A DNA stretch of 64,000 nucleotides from Mytilus edulis (lineage: Eukaryota): NCBI RefSeq assembly GCF_963676685.1, contig NC_092352.1, positions 6,200,001 to 6,264,000 on the forward strand, given 5' to 3'. The notes below the pieces were generated by a model. It searched no databases, was not told the DNA's origin, and was given only the letters and a program-made list of their open reading frames with translations. Shown in pieces: positions 37,701-50,769 of this stretch (position 1 is its first letter; each line of letters begins with the position of its first letter). The position numbers and the translations under genes were made by a program.

Positions 37701-40700
37701 GTCATTTCGACTTAACAGCTTATCAAAAAGTATGTTATCGTATTGTGGGGTGAAAGCACAATTACGCAAAAGCACTATTTTGTATGCTACAAATTCAATA
37801 TTTAATATAATGACGTTGAAACTGACAGTGTTTTGGTAAAAAGTTGCAAAATTCGACATTGGACAATCTTGCAAGACATTTTCCCGAAGCCAATGCGTTT
37901 TTATTTGTAGTGCGAGTGCTGTAAAATTCCGGATTTGAAATGGTTTATCTAAGCACTTTTGTAGGAATAATTTATGAAAACAAAATTTTATATCATCTGA
38001 TATTTAAAAAAGCGATAACTTTTGATAACTTACCATTTTCCGAAACCTGACCATGGCGAGGATTATTCATTTTTGAAAAAATCAGCGTTGACCGTTCCAT
38101 CAACACAAAAACAGCAATTACGTCATTAATTATATATGACGTTTATCATTCATGCGAATTTTCTCGGATTTTAAACTCTTTTTTAGACCACAAAAATTCC
38201 CGCTAAAGTTATTTTGCGAATAATTTGTTACGTCTGACACGCATATTTTTAACGTTTTGGCAATATTTGTATCATTATTTGAAACTATTATGAAAAGTTA
38301 AGGAATATTTTTTTTTTATATTTTTGGAAACAGTAATGCCGGCCTAATCTATGGATATAAGTTTTATAAAGCTGAACTATTTTGAATTTAATAGAAGAGC
38401 TATTTATCAAATTGCTCTGTCGCATTTCAATGCATTGACGCAATAACGTGCTTAACGTCATCACAAAGTATATCGGTTTTTAGATATTCTAAAAATAACC
38501 GTGCAATATGCTTTTTGCAGTGCGATATGCTTTTTGCTATCCGCCGTTTTCTCTCTACCTTCAAAAATATAGTTAACATTTTCTATTCTATTTACTTCCT
38601 ACTTTTTTTTTATATACAATTTACATTTTCATCCGACAAAGACATTCATTTTGTTTTCTTTGCAAAAATACTCCGATAAAGGTCGAAAAATCACGAATTA
38701 AAAAAAAAATATTCAAACTACACTTATGTTTTCATTTTCATACAAATAGTGATTTGAATTTTGTAGATGGGACGAAATGGCAAAATACGATCTACCTTCC
38801 ACAGTAGACTACATAGTGAAAACAACCAATAGCAGTCAGATATATTATGCTGGTCATTCTCAAGGGACGGAGATTATATTTGCTGAATTAGGACGAAATC
38901 AATCACTAGCTGGTCAAATAAAACATTTCTTTGCTCTAGCACCGGTAGCTACAATGGGAAATGCAACTGGACCTTTCAAGGCAGTGGCTCCGTATGCCCA
39001 ATATATAGATGTAAGTCTCTTGGAAACTATCATGACTTGCAAACGCTGGAGAAAAGATTGAATAATAGATAATTTTGCATACTTAAATCACAGTCGACAA
39101 GCAACTTCACAAACCTCAGCAAAATCACCTAAGTCAGCTCAAGCATGAAAAACGTTTTTAGTTTATCTTAAACCTTATATAAAATACAGTTTTAAAAGCT
39201 AAACAGGGCGTATACTATATATATATATGTGTGTGTATTATGCACCAACTTTGTGAATAAAAAAACTTTGATCTTTTATTAATTTTTGTAGACACTTTTC
39301 CAACTGTTTGGCAAAGGTGAATTTCTGCCATCCTCCGACTTTATTAGCTCGAATGCGCGCGAGTTCTGTGGAAATGATTATGGCAGTATTGTTTGTGAAA
39401 ACTTAATTTTCTTACTTGCTGGATATGACTCCGCAGAAATTAATCGGGTAAGTTAGAGATACTGTGACATGATTCTATATTTATACTCTTCTTTTTATAT
39501 GCCTTATTTTTTTATAACTAAGTATGAATAAAGGACTATCTTATTTTTTTTATTAAAATAAAACTATTATCAAATGTTGTAGTTTAATTGATTTTTTAAC
39601 ATACAAATATTATATATGTTGCTTTTAAAAGTATAATGAATTAAGAGATCACAAAATAAAATATACACAATATGATATATAGGTTTTTTTTAATTCTGTT
39701 TTACTTTTCAGACAAGAATCCCCGTCTACGTAGAGGAACACCCTGCTGGAACATCAGTTAAAAATTTCCTACATTATGCTCAGGTAAATTTTCTACCAGG
39801 TAAATTTTCTACATTATGCTCAGGTAAATTTTCTACATTATGCTCAGGTAAATTTTCTACATTATGCTCACAGTAAATTTTCTACATTGTGCTCAGTTAA
39901 ATTTCTTCATTATGCTTAGGTAATTTTTATGTATATGCATTTATTCGAATTTAACTGTGGTTTGGAAACTTTCTAAATTGTAATTCGAATCAAATTATTA
40001 TAAATGTATGCCTCGTTCACACGTACATTTAATTCGAATTGAATTCGAATTGAATTCGAATCGAATTCGAAGTTCATGTGAACGCAGAATGAAATGATGA
40101 TTTGTAAGACCGTTCAGCATTTTTAATATAAACTATCAACCATAAATTTAATGCAAAGAGATTAACAAATTTCTCGATTGATGACGGCTGTTTAGTTGAG
40201 GGTATTTGATTTGAGGAGGAAGAGAATGTTGAAAGGTTGGCACATCTTTATCATTCTGTTTTTTATTGTGTATATAAATTTGACTTCGGTATCAAGTATA
40301 ATTCGACCGGGTCCACCAGTCTTGATTTCATTTTAATGTACTCGAAAACTGTATATTGATTTATTTGTTCCTACATTTGAAAATGCATTGCAATTCATTT
40401 GTCTCCGAAAACAAAGATTGCACAAAAAGCTTAAACATATAACAATATGGCATATTTTTACCCACCTAAACAATTCATTTTAGGTTGTTGGGAGCATCTA
40501 GTTCTACAATTTATTTTTACAGTTTAATCTCAGATTATGAATCAGCAGCAACGCACCTGTTGGATTTGATTAAAACACATTTTATCATAACAATATATGA
40601 GATTTTGAATTTGCAACAAAATAATTAAACAAAGACACCGTTGTCTAATTTTCAGGCTGTCTTGAGTGGCAAATTTCAGATGTTTGATTACGGTTCGCCA

Positions 40701-41832
40701 GCAGCTAACATGGGACATTATAATCAGGTAGGTCGAGATTGAAAAACACTTATTATTTGGCCTGAAAATGTCTTTGATCTCTAATGAAATAAAATGACAA
40801 AGCTACAAGTCTGTATGATAGCGCATATATGTAATACGGTACCTACATTTATGGATAGCGTATGGTTGGGCATTAGCACAGTTGCTAGTTGACGTCCATT
40901 GAATATAAGTAGCATGCATTCGTAATATGTTTTTTTTTTAGTTAAAACAATAAAAGCTAGTTCCGAATATTTTGAGGTATTTTAACTACCAACAAAAAGG
41001 CACCATCCATGTCTATAACTCATTTTTCTCATAACTCTGGTTTTGTATGTAAATAAATATAAAAGTCGGGTATACCATAAAAAAAATCATTGAATATCGT
41101 GTAACATTTTTGTATCTATGTATAATTACATTAGATGTATGTTTCATTATAATACGTTTTTCTGATTGGCTAACTAGCAATCTCGTGATATTCCTTAATC
41201 AATTGCATTACACAATGCAACTTTTCATTCATGATGACACGAGGTCCCACAATAAAGTGCACAGGTAAATGAAATAAAAACTTTATATAAGGCGTGTTTT
41301 CATGATCCTATAGGTAAAAATGTAATTATAAGTATTGAATGCTTTTTTTTGTAACTTTATAGGGTTGTAAAAGCGTTGACCGTGCGCACATTTTTAGCCT
41401 TATGAAGCGCTTCCGCGCTTCATACAAAATGTACTTCGGTCAACGCTTTTACACCCCAATAAATTTACAAAAAAGAGCATTCAATTCTTAAATAAATAAT
41501 AGAATTATACATTTCGGTGTTTTTTTAAGATAAATCTTGTATATTGAACTATTGCCATCCTAAAGATTTAGCTTTGAGACTTTTTATTTCAGACTACACC
41601 TCCATTGTACGATGCTAGTTTAATGAAGAACAACGTATCGCTGTATTCTGGTGGAAATGATATAATCGCTGATCCCACCGACGTCAAGCTCTTACTGCAA
41701 CAGCTCCCGAATATTTATCGTCACGTTAACATTACCACGTATGAACATTTAGATTTTATTTGGGCCACTGAAGCCAAAAGACAATGCTATGATGACATCA
41801 TTTTGACAATTGTATCTCGCGAAAACCTTTAA
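28762..41832 (+). CDS. Acid lipase gene 3 (LIPA/LIPF-like), close paralogue of gene 2, 8 coding exons, about 405 aa
   Basis: Exons 28762-28881, 29186-29291, 32907-33114, 38767-39010, 39292-39447, 39712-39783, 40656-40727, 41593-41832; GT-AG introns, 1218 nt in frame. Exons 2-8 have the same lengths as in gene 2. GHSQG, DIIADP and YEHLDFIW triad motifs are intact. Confidence 0.95.
29381..32810. repeat. 70-bp minisatellite, 49 copies, in intron 2 of lipase gene 3
   Basis: Unit ATAGCCTTCTTTCTGTACATAATGTTTATGTGCTATATGTCCTCATGGGGCCCTAATTTGGTGAATACAT; substitutions only, no indels seen. Confidence 0.98.
33290..33430. repeat. Long imperfect palindrome
   Basis: ACAATTATAGCC...GGACGAAGTCC...GGCTATAATTGT. 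Confidence 0.85.
35713..35848. repeat. Long imperfect palindrome at the end of a ~700-bp repeat element (from about 35128)
   Basis: GATTAATACATGGCCTTTTCCATATCAGCCTGGGTATCATCCC and its reverse complement. Confidence 0.88.
36002..36402. mobile_element. MITE with long TIRs
   Basis: CCAATAGACCACTTTCGAGTTCATCCGTCACCGG and its exact reverse complement, extending imperfectly to about 75 bp. Confidence 0.85.
39762..39926. repeat. 24-bp tandem repeat of the exon 6 3' end plus donor of lipase gene 3
   Basis: AAATTTTCTACATTATGCTCAGGT, about 7 copies; the first lies inside the exon. Confidence 0.9.
41329..41490. repeat. Long imperfect palindrome at the end of a repeat element (from about 41123)
   Basis: Centre TATGAAGCGC-TTCC-GCGCTTCATA with arms AAAAGCGTTGACCG / CGGTCAACGCTTTT. 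Confidence 0.85.
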
Positions 41833-42658
41833 CCTATTCTGGTCATGTTGTTCAACCGCTATAGGATAAGTGATCATCTGATCATGGCAAGTGTTCGGGC
41901 ATTCTTAATAACACAGGTACTTGTCCATGGTAAAAAAACCACGATCCTATATACCTTAATAAAGATATTTAATAATGCTTGTACTCTTTTTCTTGAACGA
42001 TTGTATTTTACAAATTCTTCGACAATTATGTGAACACCCTGAATAAAAAAGGGTATATTTACGTTATATATCTTCAACTTATATTGAAAGTGATAAATTG
42101 TTACTGTCTTTGGACTCTAGAAGGGGAAACTCCACAAAAGATACAAGCGTATACTAGTACGATGAATGTTGATAAACTCCTTTATTAGACGTCGCCTATT
42201 GGAATTGTTGGAGGTCATAAGTATTTTGGAAATGTATATATTAGTAAATAATTAGTCTTATAAGAACTGAAAATAAAATGTTCTCCATAATTGTGTACGG
42301 ATCGAAAATACATTTTATGTATCGCAACTGGTAGAGACATATATATATATATATATATATATGGTATTATATGTCTGCAACTGGTGATTTTTTTTGCATA
42401 GCTCGCCATTAACCAGATCCATGTACAATTTCACCTTTAGTTATAGTGTAATTTCCCTTTTTAGTTCACCTCTACCCGAAACTTGGGTGTCCGTCGTCCG
42501 TTAATTTTTTACAAAGTCTTTTTATTTTTATCCTGGAGGATTTTCTTTACCATTGTGTTAAAGAGATTTGACAAGTAAGCATTTCTCCTTCATAGATATA
42601 CAATGTGGTATGAGTGCCAAAGAGACGACTCTCCATCCTAGTTACACTATGGAAAAGA

Positions 42659-42815
42659 CCTCAGTGGCCAAGTGGTTTAGCCCTGTACATCCCATTTTAA
42701 TTGACTAGGATTGCAAGTTTTCCTACCACAGATCGTCAATTCACTCCAAGTACTCCATATTCCTTTGCTAATAAAAACTGACCATTATATAACCAAGAGT
42801 GCTGAAAGTGGTCTT
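42659..42815 (+). mobile_element. Degenerate tRNA-derived SINE
   Basis: A-box-like GTGGCCAAGTGGTTTAG; ACTCCAAGTACTCC...AATAAAAACTGACC...GCTGAAAGTGG tail typical of mollusc SINEs. Confidence 0.4.
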
Positions 42816-44209
42816 GTATTGGATGTTAGATGTGTACAGACTGATGTTTTAATCTTGAATGCATTCTTTTAAAAGCAACTGCGAGTCTTCTCATATCTGT
42901 ACTTGGTGTTTTTTTTCATTGTTAGGGATTTATAAATACACTGCCACATCCAGTCTGAGTTTTGGTTAAATGATATTTTGCTTTGTTAGTTTGTATTAAT
43001 CTGATGAGTTCAGCCATTTTCAAAGAATTTTATAGTTTATGTTGTGCTTTAACGCCACTGTCCCAGGTAAAAGAAGGGTTGAGAGTTCACAAACATGTTA
43101 CCCCAAAAAACTCTCTATATGCAAGTCTCAAACCTATTGTTTAGTGGTTGCCATTGCTTCACTTCAGTTATATTTGTTTTTCATAGATTGTTTTGTTAGA
43201 CCATTAGTTTTCTCAATTGAATTGTTTCATATTTTTGGGTTCAAGGCCTTTTAAAGCTGGTTTACAGTATGTTTTTTTCCTCATTGTTGAAGGCTGAACA
43301 GTTGCCTATAACCATCTATTTGTACTATAATGGCCATGTTAGTTGTTGGCAGGATCAGTGGTTGAAACAAGTTTTAATGTAGAAGATCTTTGAAAATTTG
43401 AAAGTGGACTACGACAGATGCCATGAAGTAGCAATAAAAATCTAAAGAAAGATAAAGAAGTTTTGGACCATAAAAGGGTTTGGATCCCACTAGCATGTGT
43501 AATCACGCCACATTCTGTATGTATATGCCTGTCCCATGTCGGGGGCTTTTTATTCAGTGGTTGTCATTTGTTGATGTGTTACATATTTTTTTTTTCTTCA
43601 TTTTTTGTACATAAATTAGGCTGTCAGTTTTCTTGTTTGAATTGTTTTGCATTTGTCATTTCTGGGCCTTTTAAAGCTGACTGCAGTATGTGCTTTACTC
43701 ATTGTTGAAAGATGTTCGGTGACCTATAGTTGTTAATTTCTGGGTATTTGTCTCATTGGAAATCATACCACATCTTCTTTTTTATAATTAAAAGAACAAG
43801 AAATATTTCTAACTTTGATGTCTCCGTTCAACTAAGAGACACAATAAAACAATAATACAAAGAACTCCTCTTACAAGTTTATTTACAACACTAACTTTTG
43901 TATTATTGTGAGCTATAATTCCTTTCATATTTGCTTCACAGGTTAAAAAAAACAGACATTTACACAGACATTGAATTAACAACTGTTCTCCATTTATTAC
44001 ATTTATAATGAGTCTGAGATGAATGCTAAAAATGTATTCAAACATGAATATGGGAAAATTAAAACCAAAATAAAACAATTTTCTCAAATATGAACTGTTC
44101 AATGGATCTTCAACAAACAGTGATAATGAATATATGCTGTCAAACATAAAAATCTTCTAAGAATACACTAACATTTAAAGAGATTAAAAGATCTGGTTAA
44201 AGAAGAAGT

Positions 44210-46860
44210 CTATGTCTTCTGTGATCCCTTTTTGCCGATGAGTGATTTGTGAATATGTGGAATGACACCTGTAAAGAAAGAAAAAATAAATGATTAGAAG
44301 ATTACTACTTACTCTACTCAAATAAAAGTGGAAAATATCACAATCAAATATAAACCTAATATCAACATTAAAACTTTGAATTGATGTCAGACATTCATTC
44401 TTTAATATTTCAATCATTTTGACGAAGAACATACCGGTATGTATTGATCAATCCTACTGACATACAAATGTAGACCACATATCAACATGAATATAAAAAG
44501 ATATGGTATGACTGCCAATTGCTGAAGTTTTTTTTAGCTTTAAATGAGACCATTTCACTCATTAATTGACAAATTTGTGCTGTTTTTTCCGAAATGCTGT
44601 CTAATAAGAAGAGAAAAGGAACTTGCAAATATCAGGCGCTGTTAATTATGTGTATTGGGATATATAATATATTTTTTATGAAAAAACATTACCAGGCCCT
44701 GTTAATTATGTGTATTGGTATATATACTACATGTATATTTTTGAACTTGCAAATATCAATTTTTAAAGTGGAGCTTCTATACCTGGTGAAGGTGAGACAA
44801 ATCCTTATTCCTACTCTATTATAGTACATATACTGGACACTTGAAAATCTTAGTCATGCACTTTTTTCGATACTTTCTCTCACTTTTTAAACTTTAAGCA
44901 TAATTTACAATATATTTTTATTACTTATTTTATTAAAACCACATGATTTCAATATATGACAAATGATAAAACTTTTAACAAGTAATGCATAAAAGTAGTA
45001 TATTTATTTCTCACAATGTAAACTTAACACTTTAGTTTACTTTTAAGTGTTTAATAATCCAATGACTTAAAATTCATTACATGTAACCTTTAATGGCAGA
45101 CTTACTTGAAATTTGTGTTTTAGAAGAGACAAATTATTCCATTATGAAAGACACATCTCAAAATGTTAAATATTTTTTTGAAGTGTAGAAAGGGAGATAA
45201 TTCAATATACATTTCTGATTATCTTTAAGGCTGCTTATTTATTCAAAGATATAATCTATAGAATACTTACCACCACCAGCAATAGTAGCTTTGATTAGGG
45301 AATCCAATTCTTCATCTCCACGGATAGCCAGCTGTAAATGACGAGGTGTGATACGCTTTACCTTCAAGTCCTTACTGGCATTACCTGCCAACTCAAGTAC
45401 CTTTAATTGGAAAATACTCATTTTATAAAATTGTATGCACAAAACATCATATAAGACACATTTATGTTTTTCCGTTTGAGTTCCATTCAACAGTAGTGAC
45501 TTATACAAGCAACAGGTAAAGTACCTTAGTAAAGTTTTGCTATACAGAATCTTGTATTCATGAAGGATATTTAAACCCCTGAAAACTGAATTGTATGCTT
45601 TTCTTTATCATGTACAATTGTAACCAATGTTAATAGCTTATGTGTGTTGTGGTTAAAGTTTTGATGTTTTCAGTAGAAGAGCAGACAAAACACAAGGAAC
45701 TTGTAAAACTACTCAATTAGTGCATGCAAAATACATCATTTAACATAGGCAGATCCAGCCCCCTTTTGTTGGAAAAAATTGGTTGATCATATAGGGAATC
45801 ACAGAAGCATGACTGGAGCCACTCCCTTAGGAGAGTTAGCTGTTTTAAAAGTATGTAATACAAAACTGTTCTCAAGTTTCAAAATGAAACAATACTGCAA
45901 AAGTAACTTAATTTTCTGATGCTAATTTAATACATTTTTTTCTATCAATAAAACAAATTGAATTATTTAATTTTTTGACAGTTTTTTATAACTCAATAGA
46001 AAAACATCTCAACAAAAATTACAATGATTCACAATTTAACCCCCCCCCCCAAAAAAAAAAAACAAACCTTTTTTGAAAATGCAAGTTAACCTGCCTTTAT
46101 AGTTAATCATTAATTGGGCAAAATTTTAAATTACAAGACAAGAAAATTCCCCAATATTGAAGATATAAATAGATATTCAGAACAAACAAAGTTGAGAATA
46201 TCTGCAAAAAAGGGACAGAAGAATTTGGTCAGACTAAAAGTGTATTCTCACTGCTGTATATCATCTAAGACTACTACAGTTATAGTAGTCTCAAATATCA
46301 TTAAACTTTAACTGAGTAGTAAGCGTGTGTTAATTCCAATCATTACATTATGTCTGTATTTTTTAATATAAAACCTACTTCAGCTGTGAGGTATTCCAGA
46401 ATTGCAGCGCTGTAAACAGCTGCTGTAGCTCCTACTCGTCCATGACTTGTTGTTCTGTTCTTCAGATGACGGTGAATACGACCAACAGGAAACTACAGTG
46501 AAATAAACCACAAAAACATTTATTTGAATTATCAAAGAAAATATAATAAATTGCATACGATTTTAATCGATAACATCTTTCCAGTTTATTATTCACTTTG
46601 ATAAGTTTCATTCAAAATTCTTTCAAATTTCTTACCTGTAATCCCGCTCTCTGGGAACGAGAAACAGCTTTTGCCTTGGCCTTTCCTGAATCTTTTCCCG
46701 CTTTACCGCCAGCCTAAAATGCAAGAAATTAACGAATTTAGAAGCGAATCGTGCTGAAATCTACAGCTGAAATGTACATCATACAGCAATGAATAACTTT
46801 ACATAAGTGAGAAACGTTGATGTTGACGAATTATGTCTGATTTTAGTAGATTCTTACCAT
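44210..46860 (-). CDS. H2A.Z: Histone variant H2A.Z / H2A.V, 127 aa, 5 coding exons
   Basis: Minus-strand exons 46858-46860 (ATG only), 46636-46713, 46379-46492, 45271-45400, 44210-44268. Sizes 3/78/114/130 match the canonical H2A.Z layout. Protein: [127 protein letters not shown]. Confidence 0.98.
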
Positions 46861-46924
46861 AATTTCTTCAAAGGATTATTGGGTCAACCGACGCTTTTGC
46901 ACACGACCTTTAATTTTACAATAT

Positions 46925-46945
46925 CACGTGATCAAATGAACCAAT
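46925..46945 (-). promoter_or_regulatory. Putative H2A.Z proximal promoter motifs (E-box CACGTG, CCAAT box)
   Basis: CACGTG at 46925-46930 and CCAAT at 46941-46945, 65-85 bp upstream of the ATG. Motif match only. Confidence 0.45.
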
Positions 46946-48411
46946 GATCACCCGAATCCTGCAAAAAGGAAAATACATAATTTGTCTATTTCTTAGTTCT
47001 TGTATATTTTTCACTCAAGAAAGCCATTATTTTCACTTAAGCTTATAAGTACTGAAATACAAGATATGCACATGCATTCAGCATCGAGTGTAAAAATGAA
47101 CCCGGAAAACAAGGAACTAAGGGAGATAACTAAAATGTCTAAACATCAATTAGGCCACGAAAAAATACATTCGTTTCAAAACAAATCACAAACGAGCATC
47201 AGCATATAGCTCTTGCATTACACACATACCGATTATGAAAACTGGCACTGCAATTTCTGGTTTCATAAAAATTTGTCTTGCAACTTAAATTTTCTAGAAT
47301 TGAAAACAGGGACAAAACAAACCAGAACTGCAGCCGTATATGGGGACCGAGAACTTGTGACGCCGCGTACACTTCAAGCTACCGGTATGATGGGATAGTC
47401 CTCTAGCGTCCGAAAGACGTTTGTATGACTTGCTTTGTCCATCTTGTCAATGCAAGCCCGGACTAGGTATTAGAAAACGGGTTGACTAACGCTAGCACTG
47501 TCCATTTCAATCCCGTTTGGAATTACGAGTCCCCGGAATAAAAAGAAAATCATTTTAATAATCTGTCAGGATTTTTCTGCTCGGGAAACACATGAAAATG
47601 TAAAGGAGAGCTTATGTGACGTTTGTATAATCCATTGCAAATGTAGCTCTTTACTCAATAAGACCGAGTTTTACTCAGCTCCTACTATGAAAACTTAACC
47701 ATTGCCGGCGTCGTCGATGGGATAAAATTCATCCTGCACCATAGATTTGTACATGTATTATGCACATTATTTTTGAACATTGTAAATCTACGCTAGTCCC
47801 GGACCATACCGACAAGCCTCTTCAGTGTGAGGCAATTATTCAGCGAGGGTTTTTTGAAGCTCCAGTAAAAATGACGCAAAATCGTGCATTCTGAGAGTTT
47901 CCCATACCCTTTCTTAATCTGAAACACTAGACATTTTGTTTTAATCATTATTTTTTCGACGCTATTCTGGTGTCATAGTATACAGGTTCAGTGTAACTAT
48001 AATTAAGAATGCATCAAAAGACCGATATGTAGGTTAAAGCAAACATCGTAATTCACATAGTGAAGTGTGAGCTAGGCTGCTGTTTCAGTTTATGTTTTTT
48101 TTTGATTGATCAGTTTATGCGCAGCAAAACGTATTATATTTGTCATTTTTTTAAGTTAAGTTACAAGGGGGGTGATATTCACTGATATAACTATGTCAAT
48201 TCAGTTTTTATAACACCTTTTTTCAATTATAACTTGATGTAGTTCCTTAATGTGATAAAAGGGTACATTTTAAAGTATTGTAGCTCATGAAAACTGTTCT
48301 GAGACCAGGGGCGAATCCAGAAATGTTTATAAATGGGGTCTACTGACTTCCAAAGGCATGCTGTAGTGATGCCTTATATAATCAACTATTTTTTTCACCC
48401 GAGAAAAGGGG

Positions 48412-48563
48412 CAGGGGCGGATCCAGCCATTTAAAAAAAAGGGGGGGGGGGTCCCAACCCAGAGTTAAAAAAAAAGGAGGGGTTCCAACTATATGCTTCC
48501 ATTCAAATGCATTGATCGTTAAAAAGGGGGGTCCAACCCCCGGATCCCCTGGATCCGCCAATG
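48412..48563. mobile_element. GC-rich MITE of the same family nested in a related copy (about 48307-48606), 5-bp TSD AGGGG
   Basis: CAGGGGCGGATCCAG / CTGGATCCGCCAATG; shares internal CAAATGCATTGATCG with 6300-6481. Confidence 0.7.
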
Positions 48564-49049
48564 AGGGGGGTGTGTGGACCCCCTGACCCGCTCTAAATCC
48601 GCCTGTGAAGACCAAATTGTTACATATTCGTGCAGTTTTGTTATGCATCCCCGCTGATTAATGTCGGGTCTGTCTGTCTGTTTTGTTCCTGTATTGTGTT
48701 TAGATTTGTTGTTATCATGATTTTATGACTGTTACTTTTATTCAAAGTACAATACTTTAAGAACCGCTTAAGCCAATGCTAGGGTCCGTATTGACCTTTT
48801 TGTAGAGTATGAATGATTCGGTCAATGTAGCATCTTATAAAAACACAGAGTGGACGTGGCCGGGTACTTGTATATCCCACAACAGAAAGACACTAATAAC
48901 TGATCTGAGAGTACGCACAGTTACTGAAAGCTAGTTCAAAGCCACTAACAATAATAAAAAAAAAAACCATGCATCTAAGACTAAATTAACAAGCAGTACA
49001 CACCCAACATCCAATGGATTTAGAGTAATGATGTCATAAACATTCTTAG

Positions 49050-49883
49050 AACCAGATGCTCCGCAGGGTGCAGCTTTATACGACCGCAGAGTTCGAACCC
49101 TGAACAGTTGGGGCAAGTATGGACACAACATTCAAGCTTGATACAGCTCTAGATTTGGATTGTGATTAAATAGTTTACACAACATAGGTTTCTTACACAC
49201 AATGAATGTGGTCTAAGAACTTAAACTTAAAAACTTAAACATTTTAAATTGGACATTTACCTTTTATGGTCTAATATCCAAAATCTAAATACATGGTTAG
49301 ATTCAGCATATCAAAGAACCCCAAGAATTCAATTTTTGATGAAATCAAATAAAGTTCAATTTTGAACCCTTTGGACCTTAATGTAGACCAATTTGAAAAC
49401 GGGACCAAAAATTAAGAATCTACATACATACAGTTAGATTCGGCATATGGTCGCATATCAAAGAACCCCAATTATTCAATTTTTGATGAAATCAAACAAA
49501 GTTTAATTTTGGACCCTTTTGGTCCCTAATTCTTAAACTGTTGGGACCAAAACTTCCAAAATCAATCCCAACCTTCCTTTTATGGTCATAAACCTTGTGT
49601 TTAAATTTCATAGATTTCTATTTACTTATACTAAAGTGATGGTGCGAAAAACAAGAAAAATGCTTATTTGGGCCCCTGTTTGGCCCCTTATTCCTAAACT
49701 GTTAGGACAAAAATTCCCAAAATCAATCTCAACCTTCCTTTTGTGTTCATAAACCTTGTGTTTAAATTTCCTAGATTTCTATTTACTTAAACTAAAGTTA
49801 TAGTGCGAAACCAATGTGTCTTCGGACGACGACGCCAACGTCATATACCAATATACGACCGCAAATTTTTTTTGCGGTCGTAA
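49050..49883 (-). mobile_element. HINE-like element (family 3) with internal ~170-bp repeats
   Basis: TATACGACCGCA near both ends, terminal TGCGGTCGTA inverted repeat, GACGAC microsatellite, duplicated blocks about 49500-49650 and 49670-49810. Confidence 0.7.
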
Positions 49884-50344
49884 ACAAACATGAACTTTTT
49901 AATTCCAAGATATTACTTTACAATTTAACTTTAATTTTTTTATCGTTAGTATAATTTTACACTTAAGATTTTTTTGTGAAAAGGGCCACAGGTATCGACA
50001 GATGATAGATCCTAGAATGTGTATATGTAGTAACATTAATATTTAGTTTGCTTTTAATTTACTGATAACAAGATCGTTTCTTTTCCGGTCACGGTAAACA
50101 ACATCTCTGTAAAAATGAGGAGGTGTTATCCCATTAGAAATAAGTTTTCTACAGGTAACTAAACTTCAAAACCAAATCTTTATATCTTATGGAAGAATTT
50201 ATATAATTAGTAAAGGTTTTAAGTAATTTGTGGTAACGAGATCACTGGCTTAATAATTTACAAGTAATACATAGATAACGTTCTTTAAAATCAAAAACGT
50301 CACAACTGACACGTACATAGCGAACGAGTCAGTTTAAACATATT

Positions 50345-50590
50345 TATTTATAGTGGATTGGGAAACAAGTTTTGCAACTTATACTAATCCCTTTCCAGTT
50401 TGCGGGTGCGAGTGCTGCCTTGTACTGTAGCGGCATTAGCCTGCTCTTTTTCAAAATCTACAAGGGTGTCTTTTACGTGCAAGGCAAGAGATATGGCTCT
50501 CTCTTTACACGGGTAAGCCATTTATCTTCCCCTTCCGACGGATTATCATCGTTTCTTCAAGACCATACTCGTAAATAGTGTCAAGCGAAC
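50345..50590 (-). mobile_element. SINE fragment with Deu/Nin-like central domain
   Basis: Minus strand TCCGTCGGAAGGGGAAGATAAATGGC...TTGCACGTAAAAGACACCCTTGTAG resembles the Deu/Nin SINE core as recalled; not aligned. Confidence 0.5.
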
Positions 50591-50769
50591 GAGTTGTGAA
50601 ATATAAACACCGTAAGATGGTGCCAAAGGAACATCCCCATCCAAAAAGGGGAAATTAAAAATGGGGAATGAAAAACCCTAAAGTTTAGTTGGTGGTAATT
50701 TTTTATGTGGAGTTTAAATTGTTAAAGCAATCGTTAATATTCTATTAGGAAAATATAGACATCGAGTTA

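Noticed and set aside
43000-43025. CTGATGAG as another hammerhead (also about 28386-28428)
   Set aside because: No intact GAAA, stem III or cleavage triplet could be assembled.
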